DNA of 55,941 nucleotides, the filler included, from Circinaria calcarea (Eukaryota): assembly GCA_051942165.1 (NCBI GenBank). It is 5 parts of 5 records of this genome, joined end to end, with 100 filler letters (N's around TTAATTAATTAA, not from the genome) between each part and the next. Parts side by side here need not be neighbours in the genome. Positions count along the whole stretch, not along the records: positions 22,429 to 33,541 come from JAVECS010000711.1; positions 33,642 to 44,752 come from JAVECS010000712.1; 3 more parts are not named here. One strand, given 5' to 3'. Both the position numbers and the translations under genes were made by a program. The notes under the pieces are model-generated. The model saw only the letters and a program-made list of their open reading frames with translations. It was not told the origin of the DNA and did not search any database. Below are positions 23,374 to 36,600 of the stretch, piece after piece (position 1 is the stretch's first letter; each line of letters opens with the position of its first letter).

Positions 23374-25792
23374 CTACTGGTAACGAAGTGGTTGCGGCTT
23401 TTTTCTTCATTAGTCAATGGTCCAACAAAAACATGAGGTACATACCTGGGTGCCACTGGGTAACGGGTGTTCGCCTTGCTGTTGGTAATACTTGGTGTAT
23501 GGGTTCTCGCCTCTCCGTATGGCTGCTTCATCAACCTCTACTCCAGGATGCCCATTCTCCATCAGCAGACGTCGGTCTGTGGTGGTAATCTTGCCATCCT
23601 CTGCGAGCTTGGCCTTCATCATGGTTTGGACCGAAAGGGGGCTGACCACAGAGTTAGCAAGGCACCCGAAGACTTCAGATCACCATGAACTTACCCATTC
23701 ACCTCTCGATCCAGCATCATGTACTCCTTTGCAGCATCCTTTGTGCCCCTCTCCAATAAATACACCATGTAGTAATGGGAGAGATCCTTCATTGTCAATG
23801 GCGGAAGATGGCTCTTCCTCCGGATATCATCATGAACTTGCTTGATTCGCTGATACTGAGCCAACTCGGTCTCTGCACTTGTGGGTTGTTCAAGCTCAAA
23901 CATGAGATAGTTGATCCAGAATGGTCGACTATCTAGATACCAATGCTGATTCTTTTGAAACACCTGGCGCGCTTCATCAACGGAACCCTTGATCTTCCAG
24001 AGCAGTCGAGCCCACTCGGCTACCAAAGCCGCTTTAGCGTAGATGTCGCACTCGGAGGAGTCAATCTGCGTCTTATATATCTCAATTGCAGCTTCGAGAC
24101 CACCATGGCGACGCGAAAGATTGGCCAACGATACTATTGTCTCGATATGACCGGGTAAATTGACAAGAATAGCGTGATGGATGTCTTTGGCTAGCTCGAC
24201 GCGATTGCACATTTCCTCAAAATATGCGTATTGGAGACGAACAGCTGGCCTGGATATTGGGGCATACAGCATACTTGCTCTCTGATATATGTTTCGAACT
24301 TCTTCCTCTTTGCCCGGTTGAGCCAACATCCAGCGAGCATAGCGTAACCAGAATTCATCGTAATACGCGCAGGTTACCAGGCAACGTTCATATAAGAACG
24401 CGATTCGGACATAGTCCCCTTCGACCTCTTCAAAGTCTAGATACTTTCTCCAATTGACTAGTTGACCTTCATCTAGCTCGGTAACATGAAAGTAAGGGCG
24501 CTTCACCTCCGACTCATAAGTCCATCGCTTGGTTGTTTCAGTCTGTGTTCTGGCAAAGATCTCAAGGTGGAAGTTGTCGATGCGAGTACGCATTTCACGT
24601 TCAATCTCAAGTTCCCCTCTCTCCACGTTGATTTGCTGTGAGCCAGCTTGGACGGTGGCCAGTCCTTCTGTCTCGATCTCAGCACGAAACTGTGCCAAGG
24701 TATCGGCAGGTAAAAGTTCGTGCAAAGGTCGTGACTGTGCGAGCTGACGGTACCGTTCGAAATATCGAGCATACTGGTGCATAGGGATATGGACAACACG
24801 ATCGAGAATTGCAAAAATTCTCTCGTTGGCTTCAAGGCGTTCCTCGAACTCTAAATACTTATCCCAAAATGGATGTGCCAGGAAGTCAAGCCCCACACAG
24901 GTGGCACCTCTCTCGAAGAGTCTGTAAGTTTCAGCAATCAGTTTCGAGCAGAAGGTAAGGAAGGGGAGGGAAAGCAGAGAAGAGGTAGAGGGCAGCAAAC
25001 ATGGCATATAAGTGTGCTTAGATATCTCAAAGCTCCGACGAAATCCATCAAACTCAATATCCAATGCAGAAAATGATGTCGCGGGACTGGTTAATCTGGG
25101 AGCGAAGGAAATGAAAGCGCCTGGGTCTCATTGTGAGAAGTAATCTCGAATAGCTGATTGTGACTATCTCACCCATCTACAAGTCAAGCTTGAAGAGTCC
25201 TTAGAGATCGTTTCGGTTATGGAGGAGGTCATGCTATACGTATTTGAGGTTATGGGAAGGAAAGCGTATAGTTCTCTACTTACTCTCGGATCACGTCGGA
25301 GTCGTGGCTGGTCTCGACTTTGAAGGCACAGTAGTTGGTCCACAGGTCTACAGAATTTGTGATGCTTGCTACACCCCGCTCATAAACCTGGGTGGAATCA
25401 GCATGCACTCGGTTCAGTGTTCTGGCGGGGACCGTATCGTACCAGTTCTGCAGCCTCAGTACCAGCGATGGAGAATTCTAGATCGGCATACTTCTTCCAA
25501 TATCCGAATAACAGTGGGAACTTCGCAAGGAAGCGATCATAAATGCCTCTCGTAGCTACTATAGATTGTGGGTTGGAATTGCGATTGAGGCCACCCTCCA
25601 AAGATTCGGCGGCGCGAACCAATTTCTCCCAATTTTCGAAGCTATCCGGGTCTTCTGCCTTTAGTAAGAAGGGTAGATTAGTCTCTGCGTTCCGGTAAAC
25701 ATGCTCTGATAAGATAGTCTCACCACTTCTGCCTCGAGCTTTTTCAGCTCCGCGTTCTCCTCATCGGAGCCTCCGAAGCTATAGTCGCCCAT
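23374..25792 (-). CDS. PRP39: U1 snRNP HAT-repeat protein Prp39, multi-exon
   Basis: MGDYSFGGSDEENAELKKLEAEV..., YDRFLAKFPLLFGYWKKYADLE, GLDFLAHPFWDKYLEFE, RWTYESEVKRPYFHV, ERCLVTCAYYDEFW. Last exon PQPLRYQ* with TAG at 23376-23374. Confidence 0.93.
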
Positions 25793-26217
25793 GATTCCAA
25801 CGAGTATTTAGGGATATCTTCGGGAGGGTGTTATCCAGTACGTGATAGACAGATACCCTTCGAATAGGCAACTCTACCACATATGTGTCACTGTACAGTC
25901 AAGAATTGAAGAACGAGGTGAAGCTTCGGGGAAAGTATGCCCGGGCTGACGGCCGTTGAATGTTGCCGAGAGTCCGCTACGCCTAATCGGAACAAGTATA
26001 TTTATTTATCTCGGGTTGAAAACGGTCCGACACTGGACAGAACTCGTCAAGACCTCAAAGACCTAACAAGCTTAGTCAAGGTGAGCACCGTTCTATTCTA
26101 TTTAGATGTCTATCGAACAGCAGAGCTTGGAGTCTCCCCCGGAGAACAGTTGGCCACTGAAACATTCATTACTACTTAGACATATATAGCTGTTGGTGGG
26201 GTTATTGGGACCAATCA

Positions 26218-28817
26218 CTACTGCCAACCGCCTTTTCCTCCGAACCCACTGGATTCTTCTATCTTCTTTTGTCCACCCCCACCGCGTTGAGTCTTCTGCT
26301 GCGCTGCTTCATGTTTTCGTAGTTCTTCCGGAACCCTTGAGATGGAAGATTTCATCAACATTTGCTTGAGGTCATACCTGAAAAACCGATTAGCATCTTT
26401 TGATCGACGTGATATGAATATCAACTTACATAACGTCCGCGTCTTCGTTGCCAAGAAATGTGATAGCTACACCACTTTTACCGGCACGACCAGTACGTCC
26501 AACCCTATGAGTATAACTCTCGATGCTCGTGGCCATGTTGAAATTAACCACCAGACTGACATCTGGGACATCGATACCTCTGCCGGCAAGGTCCGTAGCA
26601 ACAAGAACATCTGTACTTCCATTGCGAACAGATGCAAGTGCAGCCTCTCTTTGCTCTTGCGTCTTGCTACCATGCAAAGTGACGGAAGTAAAGCCCATAT
26701 GCTTAATATCTCGAGCCACAGCATCGCAGTTCCTTTTGATATTGACAAAGACAATGATAGGAGGTGCGAATTCCCTGGATGACAAGATCTCGAGAAGTCT
26801 CTTCTTCCTCTTATCTTCTCCCGCAACAAACTCGACACGCTGTTCAACCGTCTCGACTGCTTCACCAATGTTACCGATCGTTACAATAGCGGGCCGTCGC
26901 AAATACTTTCTTGCTATACGTTCAACCGCTGTGGGCATCGTTGCGGTGTACATCATCGTCTGTCTATATCGGTCTTTGCCACCTAAGGATTGGCTCATGA
27001 CAACTGCATCTTCGGCCTCTTCGGAATCTGGCTTCATGTTTGCAACTGGAAGCGCATCGAGAATCTTATTGACTGGCTCCTCGAACCCAAGATCAATCAT
27101 TCGATCGGCTTCATCCATAATCACATAGCAACATTGTCCAAGCACCAAAACCCTCCGCTCAATGCAGTCCACCAGTCGACCGGGCGTGGCAATGATAATC
27201 TCGGCCCCGTCACGTAGATTGTAAGCTTGCTCTTCTAGCGAATGACCTCCAACAATACTAACACATGTAAATCCTAGCGGGGTCGCAAACTTTCTAGCCT
27301 CGATCTCGATTTGCTGAGCTAATTCACGTGTTGGGGCGAGGATGATTGCATAGGGGCCGTCATTTTTGGTCAATTCATTAAGGGGCGGAAGCTCAGAGAT
27401 GTAGACTAATAAGGGCAGCAGGAAGGCTGCTGTTTTGCCAGAGCCAGTGACCGCGACACCGATAAGATCCCTAGATTGAAGTGCTATCGGTATTGCAGCA
27501 CGTTGTACCGCCGAAGGCTCGGTATAGCCAACTTGATCCACAACATCTAGAAGACGTTTTGGAAGACCTGATTCTGCCCATGAACGCATGGGGTTTGGGA
27601 TGGCTCCACCTTTGGTACTGATATTGTAGTCTTCTTTGAATATTCGCCAGTCTCTTTCGCGCATGTGCTCAAGCTTTTTCTGACTCCAATGTTTGTCAAT
27701 CGAGTTTCGGCCACCCTCTTCCCTCCTCCGTCTTTCCATCTCCATTATCTCCCGGGCTCTAGCACCACCTGCTTCTGGATCGCGTTCTTCCAAAGCTCTA
27801 GCATATTTCCGGGCTACTCCGTCGACAAGGTCTTCCGCAAACCCTCCAAGACGTCCCCGACCATAGAAGTTGGCCTCCGCACGAGCTTGATAGAGTGGAT
27901 TGTAGTCCGGGCTTGTATCTTCTTCAGTATTCCATTCAAAATTAAACTTTTTCTCCGTAGTGCGCCTTCTCTTTTTCTTAGCAGAAAAGGTGGACTGGTT
28001 TTGCTCCGCGCCCATGTACCTCTGCCGTATGAGGGCGACTTGAACCTCCTCGACAGCCGGTCTCTTCTCTCCTTTTACGGCAGAGGTTCCGTTGGAAACA
28101 GGCTTCGGTGGTGGCGGTGGTGCCATATCATAACCTTTGTTAGGAAGCGAGGCGCGCATAGCTGCAGGACCTGTAGGAATCTCTCCGGCGCGCAGAGCCC
28201 GAGGCCCCGTTGGGATCGGAGGACGTACGCTCCCATTCGAAAGAGGAGCGGCTGTGGCGCCGACACGTCCAGACGGTTTTGTCCCGTTTTGATAGGATGG
28301 ATTACTGATTCCGTTCACCGTAGACCTCGATGCAGTTTTTTCAGCTTCTACCTTCCTCTTTTGCTCCTCCGCCTTCTTCGCCTGCTTCTCTACTGCTAAC
28401 TTTTCTCTCTGAGCCTTTGACAAGAACTTGGGCTAGATTTAAATGGAACTGATTAGTATCTTTCGAAGAGGTACTAGACAGAAAACTGAGGTGAATATGA
28501 TATAAAGTATCTCGGAGATAGAGGGTAAATCATACCTTAGCGGCAGCTTCATCAGCCTCCTTCTTCTTCCTCAGGAGTTCTTCGACACTCAAGGGTTGCC
28601 GCGAACTCGATGCACTCCCGGCCGGCTTCTTTGGTTTTCTTTCGATTGTAGGAAGGGGCGGCAGATCATCTGGTGGCGGAGGTAGGTCATCTGGAGGAGG
28701 GGGAGGGACAAGGGATTCAGGTGGTGGAGGGGGGGGTGTTGGCGGTCTGTCGAATGGATCTGGTGGAGGAGGAGGTAGAGCGTCGACCGCTATACCATTC
28801 ATGGCGTGTAAATTCAT
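26218..28817 (-). CDS. PRP28: DEAD-box splicing helicase Prp28 (U5-100K/DDX23), three exons
   Basis: PLSVEELL N-terminal motif, KFNFEWNTEEDTS, RDWRIFKEDYNI, AVTGSGKT, APTRELAQQI, DEAD (DEADRMID), YTHRVGRTGRAG. Start is ATG 28817 or 28802. Confidence 0.95.
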
Positions 28818-29027
28818 CGTCTTGTGTAATGAAAGAACTGAACTCAAGTTTTGAAGCTCAACACGAGAGATATTCCAGGGCCAGTGGTTCACCAGGTACT
28901 CGCTGGAAGCAGGCAGGGGAGATAATTCAGTACGGCGACCTAGATACAACCATTGGTGCAATATAGCTTCAGCCTCACCACATTCTCTTCTTGCGAACGA
29001 ACGAGGTACTACATTGATATATCAAAC

Positions 29028-29649
29028 ATGACCACGCAGCTACCAAATGTGAAGTTAGCACTATCTCTGCCGCCTAAGCTGCTTCGATTCTTTGCGCGCT
29101 TCCCTCCCTCTTCCTTTCCTCCATCACGTGCTGCAGCACTCAGTGCTGAACCTTCAACATCTCCTATAATCACATCACTAAACAGCTCATCATCGGATCC
29201 GAATGCTGATTCCACAGAGAGGGAAAAATCCTCTAGTACCGCGCCTTCCGAAAACCCTTTTCGCTCTACCAAACACTCTGTTACGGGTAATTGGCATGAT
29301 CCTATCTATTCATTGCGGAGGCAGGCAGATCTTGTGAAGCTGGCAAGAGCGCATGGTGTGGAGGAACTTTTGCCGTTTACTGTCAAAGGTACCGATGAAA
29401 GGATTAGGAAGAGGGAGGAACATGGATTGCGAGTCAAGGGCACAGGAGTGGGCCAGAAGGTTAAAGGCAAGAAATGGGAAAGGACCATGAAAGGAAGACT
29501 GGAGCGGAGGAAGCAGGCCATGCTGGAGATGCCCAAAATGATCCAGCACTGGAAACAGGTATTTTTAAGTTGCACATTTCGTCGTTACTCAAGCTAACTG
29601 GTTATCCCAGCGTGGGCATGGTCGTGGTTGGAAGAAGTTCCCAAAATAA
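29028..29649 (+). CDS. MRPL25: Mitochondrial large-subunit ribosomal protein mL59 (MrpL25), intron 29559-29610
   Basis: LPPKLLRFFARFPP...NPF...TGNWHDPIYSLRRQADLVKLA...VKGKKWERT...MPKMIQHWKQ|RGHGRGWKKFPK*. Divergent from PRP28 by ~210 bp. Confidence 0.88.
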
Positions 29650-30448
29650 CATTTTCGATTGCGTCCATACCAGGCTCACAGCAAGAAAGGCGGCTGCTGT
29701 CGGTCTATTTGTTTTGCATACAATTGCATAGCGAGGAGGGGGGAGGTGCTTCGGTCAGGGCGTTTCTCAGTTACATGAGAGCATAAGATGTGTATAATAG
29801 GGTGAGGGTGGACCAGCATGAATCCGACCTACTACGGACCTCGGGTTAGGAGCTCAAAGTTCCTGAGAGCATCTTCTCATATCAATAATGACTGAAAGCT
29901 GTCCTCGTATCTTGACTCATGTAGCTGGCCAATAGTCTGGCTCCGTTACAAGCTGAAGTCAACCCTGAAGGGCCTCTGCAAAGCATTAGGACTTCTCCAA
30001 CCAATCATTATATATCGCTACATCAATCTGCCGTGGCGGCTAGTATCGGATCCCTATCGGCATGACCTTGGAAACAGCCGTGTGAGAATGGAAATGCTTG
30101 TGCCGACTTTCCTATGGCAGATACATCCATGTGTTACTTTGAGAAGTGGATGACCGCCTCAAACCTGCGGCTGTCAGAGTCTATTTTAGCAAGTCACGGC
30201 TGAAAAGCCGGGAGCCTGCCTCCATGATCATAAACGTGTCTGTATCATGTTGGCAGGTCGGCTTGCATCTACTGTATCAAGAAAGGGTTCCGGGAACGAG
30301 AGCGAGAGCGAGGGATCCAGCGAAACTAAGTGGTCTGGGCGTAGCGAACCTGCCCAAAGAGGAAAAACCCTCATCCTTGTATGCGAGCCTATTTTACCGA
30401 CGTCGGAGACGGATGATGGCGAGATTCCGATAGACTTCGAGGCAGTCA

Positions 30449-33400
30449 ATGCATCACGTACGAACAGGAGTCAGGCGACTTGTGGTCTTTCGTCCTAATG
30501 CCGAAGGCGTCCATGCACTTCCCCGTAGTCTGTACGCTCGAGCATACCATATAATACCGAGGAAACTCAGCAACTTCCCGCCGGCCAGAATCTTCCAGAG
30601 ACAGACTGTACGAGTATCCCTATCCGTTTCGAGTATCAGACATTGCTCGTACCAAAGGACCATGTGTAAAGGTCACGCCGAAGTTGTTGCGAGTGGAATG
30701 GCGACCAAGTCACGAGAGGTCTTGCCAACGAACGTTAAGCCACTGCACTATGACTTGACCCTCGAGCCCGATTTTGACAAGTTTACATATGAGGGCAGGG
30801 TCATTACTGAGTGAGTGTTAGCATCAGGCTGCATTAGTACTTGCACCCTCTCCTTTCCTCGGTGAGAGGAGACTGATTTGGTTGTCACACAGTCTTGAGG
30901 TCAAAGAAGAAACCACTTCGATATCCTTCAACACCCTAGAAATCGACATCCATTCAACGAAAATATCTGTAGGCGGCAGTCAGATTACTTCGACCCCGAA
31001 GATCAGCTACAATGAAGACACTCAGACTACAACAGTCTCATTTGAAAAAGCCATACCTGCTGGATCCACCGCCCAAGTGGACCAAACTTTTACTGGCACA
31101 CTCAATGACAAGATGGCTGGCTTCTATAGGTCATCATACAAAGACCAGGATGGTAGTACCAGGTACTTGGCAACAACTCAAATGGAGCCTACCGATGCAC
31201 GTAGAGCCTTCCCATGCTTTGACGAACCTGCCTTAAAGGCGACTTACACGGTGACTCTGATTGCAGACAAGAACCATACCTGTCTAAGTAACATGGACCA
31301 GGCATCGGAAACAGAGGTAGATTCCAAGGTCACTGGGACCAAGAGAAAGGCCGTAACCTTCAACAAAACACCCCTGATGTCGACCTACCTTTTGGCGTTC
31401 ATTATCGGCGAGCTGAAGTGTATAGAGACGAACAACTTCAGAGTACCAGTCAGAGTCTTTGCTACACCTGATAAGAATATCGAGCATGGTAGATTCCCCT
31501 TGGAGCTGGCAGCCAAAACACTTGACTTTTATGAGAAGACATTCGATAGCAAATTTCCCTTACCAAAGATGGATATGGTTGCAATTCCAGATTTCAGTGC
31601 AGGGGCAATGGAGAATTGGGGTCTTATTACCTACCGTGTGGCAGATCTCCTCTATGATGAGACAGCTAGCAGTGCTTCCACAAAAGAGAGGGTTGCAGAA
31701 GTGGTACAGCATGAGCTTGCACATCAATGGTGTGTTTCTGCCCGTCTTACATCATGGCATGGAATGAAATCTAAGCTAAGTTGGATTTTAGGTTCGGTAA
31801 TCTTGTTACAATGGACTTCTGGGATGGGCTATGGCTAAACGAGGGATTTGCTACCTGGATGAGCTGGTATTCGTGCAATATATTCTACCCTGAATGGAAG
31901 GTCTGGCAAAGCTACGTGTCGGGTACACTGCAGAGCGCTCTGGGCCTTGATGCTTTGCGAAGCAGTCATCCTGTTGAGGTACCCGTCAGCCGCGCTGATG
32001 AGGTTAACGAGATATTTGATGCTATCTCTTACTCTAAAGGCTCTTGTGTGTTAAGAATGATATCGCAACACCTTGGAGAAGACACTTTTATGGAAGGCAT
32101 ACGACGATATCTCAAGAAGCATGCATATGGGAACACACAGACAGGAGATTTGTGGGCCGCTCTCAGTGATGCAAGTGGAAAGTCTGTGGAGAAGACCATG
32201 GACATTTGGACCAAGAACGTGGGATACCCGGTCGTGACGGTGTCGGAGAATGAAGGTTCAAACAGTATCAAAGTCAAGCAGAATCGATTCCTTCGTACAG
32301 GTGATGTTAAACCCGAGGACGACAAGACCTTATATCCTGTCTTTTTAGGTCTTCGGACTAAGGAAGGAGTTAATGAAGATGTTGTACTTTCAGGCCGAGA
32401 ACAAGTCTTTGAAGTACCAAGTCTCGACTTTTTCAAGCTTAATGCGGACCACTCTGGTATATACAGAACGTCGTACAGTCCGGAACGCCTTGAAAAACTT
32501 GGCAAAGCTGCTCACGAGGGCCTCCTGAGCGTAGAAGACCGTACGGGAATGATTGCTGATGCTGGCTCCCTCGCTGCTTCTGGCTATCAGAAGACTTCTG
32601 GCGTACTGTCTCTACTAAAGAGTTTCGGAGACGAATCTGAATATGTTGTCTGGGAACAGATTCTCGATCGGATTGGGTCAATCAGGGCTGCTTGGATCTT
32701 CGAAGACGAAAAGGTATATCCGATTGTTGAGTTTTAGCAGTCTTCGAGATTCTTATCTGCTAGATATACGCAATCGAACAGCTTACTAATACGTTGACAG
32801 GTTCGTGATGCTCTCAAGGCTTTTCAGCGCACACTTGTCAGTTCCAAGGCTCATGACAAAGGCTGGAAATTCACGGACGACGAAGACCACATTCAAACGC
32901 AGTTCAAAGCCCTCCTTTTCGGCAGTGCAGGTATGGCCGGTGACACCAGAATCATCGAAGCCGCACAAGACATGTTTGCAAAATTCGCTGCTGGAGACCG
33001 GAAAGCCATCGACTCCAATATCCGCGGCAGCGTCTATGCCATTGTCCTCCAAAACGGAGGCGAAAAAGAATACGACGTCATCCTTAATGAATTCCGCACC
33101 GCCAAGGATGCGACTGAGAAAAATACCGCACTGAGAAGTCTCGGCAGAGCCAAAAGCGAAGCACTCATGAAACGCACCCTCTCCCTTCCACTCAGCGACG
33201 AAGTCAAAGCGCAAGACGTCTATCTTCCCATTGTCAACCTTCGCAGCCATGCCGCGGGGATTGAGGCCCTCTGGTCATGGGTGACCACCAACTGGGAGCC
33301 GCTGCAAAAAAAGTGCCCGCCGAGCCTGACGATGTTAAGCAGCATGGTTCAGATCTGCACGAGCAGCTTCACAAAGAAGGCGCAGCTGAAGGAGGTGCAG

Positions 33401-33541
33401 GCGTTCTTTGACGGGAAGAGCACGAAGGGCTTCGAGAGGGCGTTGGGCCAGGCGAGTGATGTGATCAGGTCGAATAGTAGCTGGGTAGAGAGAGATGCGG
33501 GGGATGTGGAGAAGTGGTTGGAGAAGGAGGGCTATCTGGGG
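30449..33541 (+). CDS. APE2: M1 family zinc aminopeptidase (Ape2-like); the last codon(s) fall in the gap
   Basis: [54 protein letters not shown]...[18 protein letters not shown] and an ERAP1-like C-terminal domain. Three introns near 30811-30892, 31730-31791 and 32714-32800. Confidence 0.93.
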
Positions 33542-33641
33542 NNNNNNNNNNNNNNNNNNNNNNNNNNNNNNNNNNNNNNNNNNNNTTAATTAATTAANNN
33601 NNNNNNNNNNNNNNNNNNNNNNNNNNNNNNNNNNNNNNNNN
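33542..33641. other. Artificial scaffold spacer
   Basis: N44-TTAATTAATTAA-N44. Confidence 0.98.
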
Positions 33642-36600
33642 CCCTTAAACAAAAAAACCGAATGACAGGACCAAAAAAGTAAAAAAATAAAATAACCCAG
33701 CCAAACCCAGCCCAGCCCAGCCAAACGCAAAACCCGATTATCCATCCCCCCTCCAGCTCCCCCGTCCATCTCCCTTCCCGTCTTGTTTTTTTTGTGTTTT
33801 TTTTGATCCAGCGGGGGAGGGGCTTTGCATTTCAGGTCACGAGAAGAAAAACTTTCACACCGGCTCTGTGTCCCCTGCCCCCTTGCGCCTTGCGCCTTGC
33901 CCTTACGCTTGCGCTTTGCGCTTGCCCATGTCCTACCAAGCATCCCGGGAGCCGGGGAGCGGGAACTGGCTCTTGAAGGGAGAGAGGGGGGGAGAACGGG
34001 GATTTTTTGGTTAGACGACGGCACAGGGAGAATGGGGTTTCATGGGGATAATTTGTTTAGCAAACCAGTGGTTGAAAGCTGGGCGGTAGAAGTTTCCATG
34101 TGTGTATCTGGAGTTGGAAAAGAGAATATCTTCGGTTGGCATGGGGGGGGGGAGGGTCCTTTAACGCAAAGATACATTTATCCCTTATGGTGGTGTTCGA
34201 GCCACCTGAAGCGGTACAAAAAAAAATTTAGATACAAGATACGGTAAGGTCAGGCTAAGTTGGCACGGTTCATGCTGCTGAAGTATACCTTAACGGGATC
34301 GAACATGGAACTAAGGCGAACTTTTTTGCAGATGTATGCTATGAAATAAGTATTACCGAGATAACACAACTTGGGATGATATCAATATAGTCGTGTTCGC
34401 CACTCCTTCCATACGTCTGATATCTTCAAGTCTCTGCCATGCCCTTACCTTGCCTTGGAGGAACGTATACTCTTCCCAAAGTGGCTGATTGAAATGTCTT
34501 TTTAAACTTTCCCAAAAGGGTCAGACCTTGGGAAAAGATGAACAGTAAACAAGGCATCAGCAGCGGCTCTCGATTCGTTACAGCCAGGTGCATTAGGATT
34601 TTCATCCCTTTAGGTAAAGATGACCATGTTGCTAGGTGGTGTGTTAGCATTGCATGGAAGAAGCCGACTTCATTAATGGTCCTGGCAACATAATGGCATG
34701 CCTCCATTCGCTCCTCGGAAGGTAGTGGCCTTGACACATGAATTGATAAGCCTTCTTGATCGGAGAATCGTTGACATTGAGAAACGGACTCATATTCCGC
34801 ATCCTCCCAAACTCGGTAGCTTCACGGCCGTATACAGTTACGAGTATCGCCGTGACAGCCAACTGTCGTGTTCTGATGGAAACCATTGGAAATTTGAAGC
34901 AGATTTGGTAAACGATGCTCCTTGATGGGAACTGATATGTCGGACAATATATTATGTATAGACAAAAAGCCGATCTTGCGTCCTGAAAAGAGCTTCCCCT
35001 ATTGTACCGCCAAACAATTTGTATATCGTGTATCTTCATAGCTTCGATGGGGTACCGGATAGTATTCATCTAAAGATAACTTTGCACTTGATGTAAGTGA
35101 CGACGATGGAAAATTAGGAATCACCCATAAGCAGTTGAGATGCATTAGCAAACAATTCACAGTCCTGATTCTTTGAATAATTGGGAAGATGCCGAACTCG
35201 GGTTTGCGGATACCTTGAAGCCGAGGGTTCTTGCGAAGCCAACAACAGAACAGTTGGTTTTACAAGATGGAAAGGAGAGCAAATCGAGAAAACCTGGTCC
35301 ATGATCTTGGTTTGGATCCAGTCATTCATGAAACAAGGGACAAGACCTTTGTAGCATATCATTATTCTTGTTCTCACCATCCCCAAGAGGTGATTAGGAC
35401 GGTTTCTATCATAGCGTGATTCTTGTCTCAACTTCATCACACATTGAACTTTTGAGGCTTCACTGCAAACCCTTTCAACGCAGCTCTCTGGCAAAGTCTT
35501 TGGGCATTCTCCCATGGTATGAAGAGGGGTGTTTTGGGCTCTGCACAAGATGTCCTTGGCTGAGCGTCGTTGCGTACAGAGATTTGATGGGCCCCCTTTG
35601 GTACACTGTAACTGACCGAGAGAGTATGAACTGTTGAACCAACTGTGCCGCGGATGTTCCCTCACAGGATAAGCTAGCTCTTCACCCAGCTGGATACTAA
35701 TCATGGCAGAAGATTCCAATCCACATTGGGGGAAGGGCGGAAATCTCTCCAACAGCTACCAGGTCGAGACCCTCGCTAGTGGAAATATAGCCGTACACCC
35801 GAATCGTCCTTTTCGGCCCTATGTGGTGCAGTTGTAGGCATTAGGAATTTATATCCGGCAGCGCGAAAGTCAGGCAGTTGCACAGGGGATATGGCGCAGT
35901 TGGTCAAGGTGGGCGGGCGTCAATCTGACGCCTATGCCAGGCAGATGTTGTCAGATAATGACGCGTACGCCCAGCATCCAGGCGGGTCGATGAGGAGTTT
36001 AGCAGCCGTCCGACTTGGGATCAAGTGGGAGAAAGCATTGGCCATGATCCATCCGGCGACAGGTTTGGATAACGGGAGCTTGGAGCAATTGGTAAATGCC
36101 TCTCCACGATTCTCCCCGACACATGTTTGGCTGAAGATCAACCTCTCGCTTGAATGGCAGTTTCAATAATGTATAGGGAAAGACAAAACAGCACAGCCTC
36201 TGTGTGCTCCGACAAGCTGGCAATCTTGGCTGAGTCGGGAAGGTGCATGAGGAAATGCAGAGGATTATAGGCGACAGCAAAAGAGAGACAATGTATGCAA
36301 GAGTCAGCAGCGATGAAGTCAATAGACTGGCTGCAGTGCGACACAAGGTTTCATCACACGGTGACTTGGATGAAGTGGCTAGTCAGCCTCGCAGCGGCTA
36401 ACTTTTGGGAGTCGGCCATGAAGCAACGATGACTGCAGGCGATTGATCGGAATTGCGCGAGCTATAGCTCATAGCCCGTATCGGTATGGTTCCCGGGATG
36501 TTTGAAGGAGGGGGGGGGGAGGACGGTGGTGAGGGGTGAAAAGATGGAATAAAGTCCCCACGCAAGAGGGCCTTTTGGCGGATGGTGAAGGGGGTGGGTT

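Noticed and set aside
34400..36400. Patchwork of short ORFs that might be a decayed gene
   Set aside because: No recognisable motif and no consistent spliced frame could be built by eye; needs a translated homology search.
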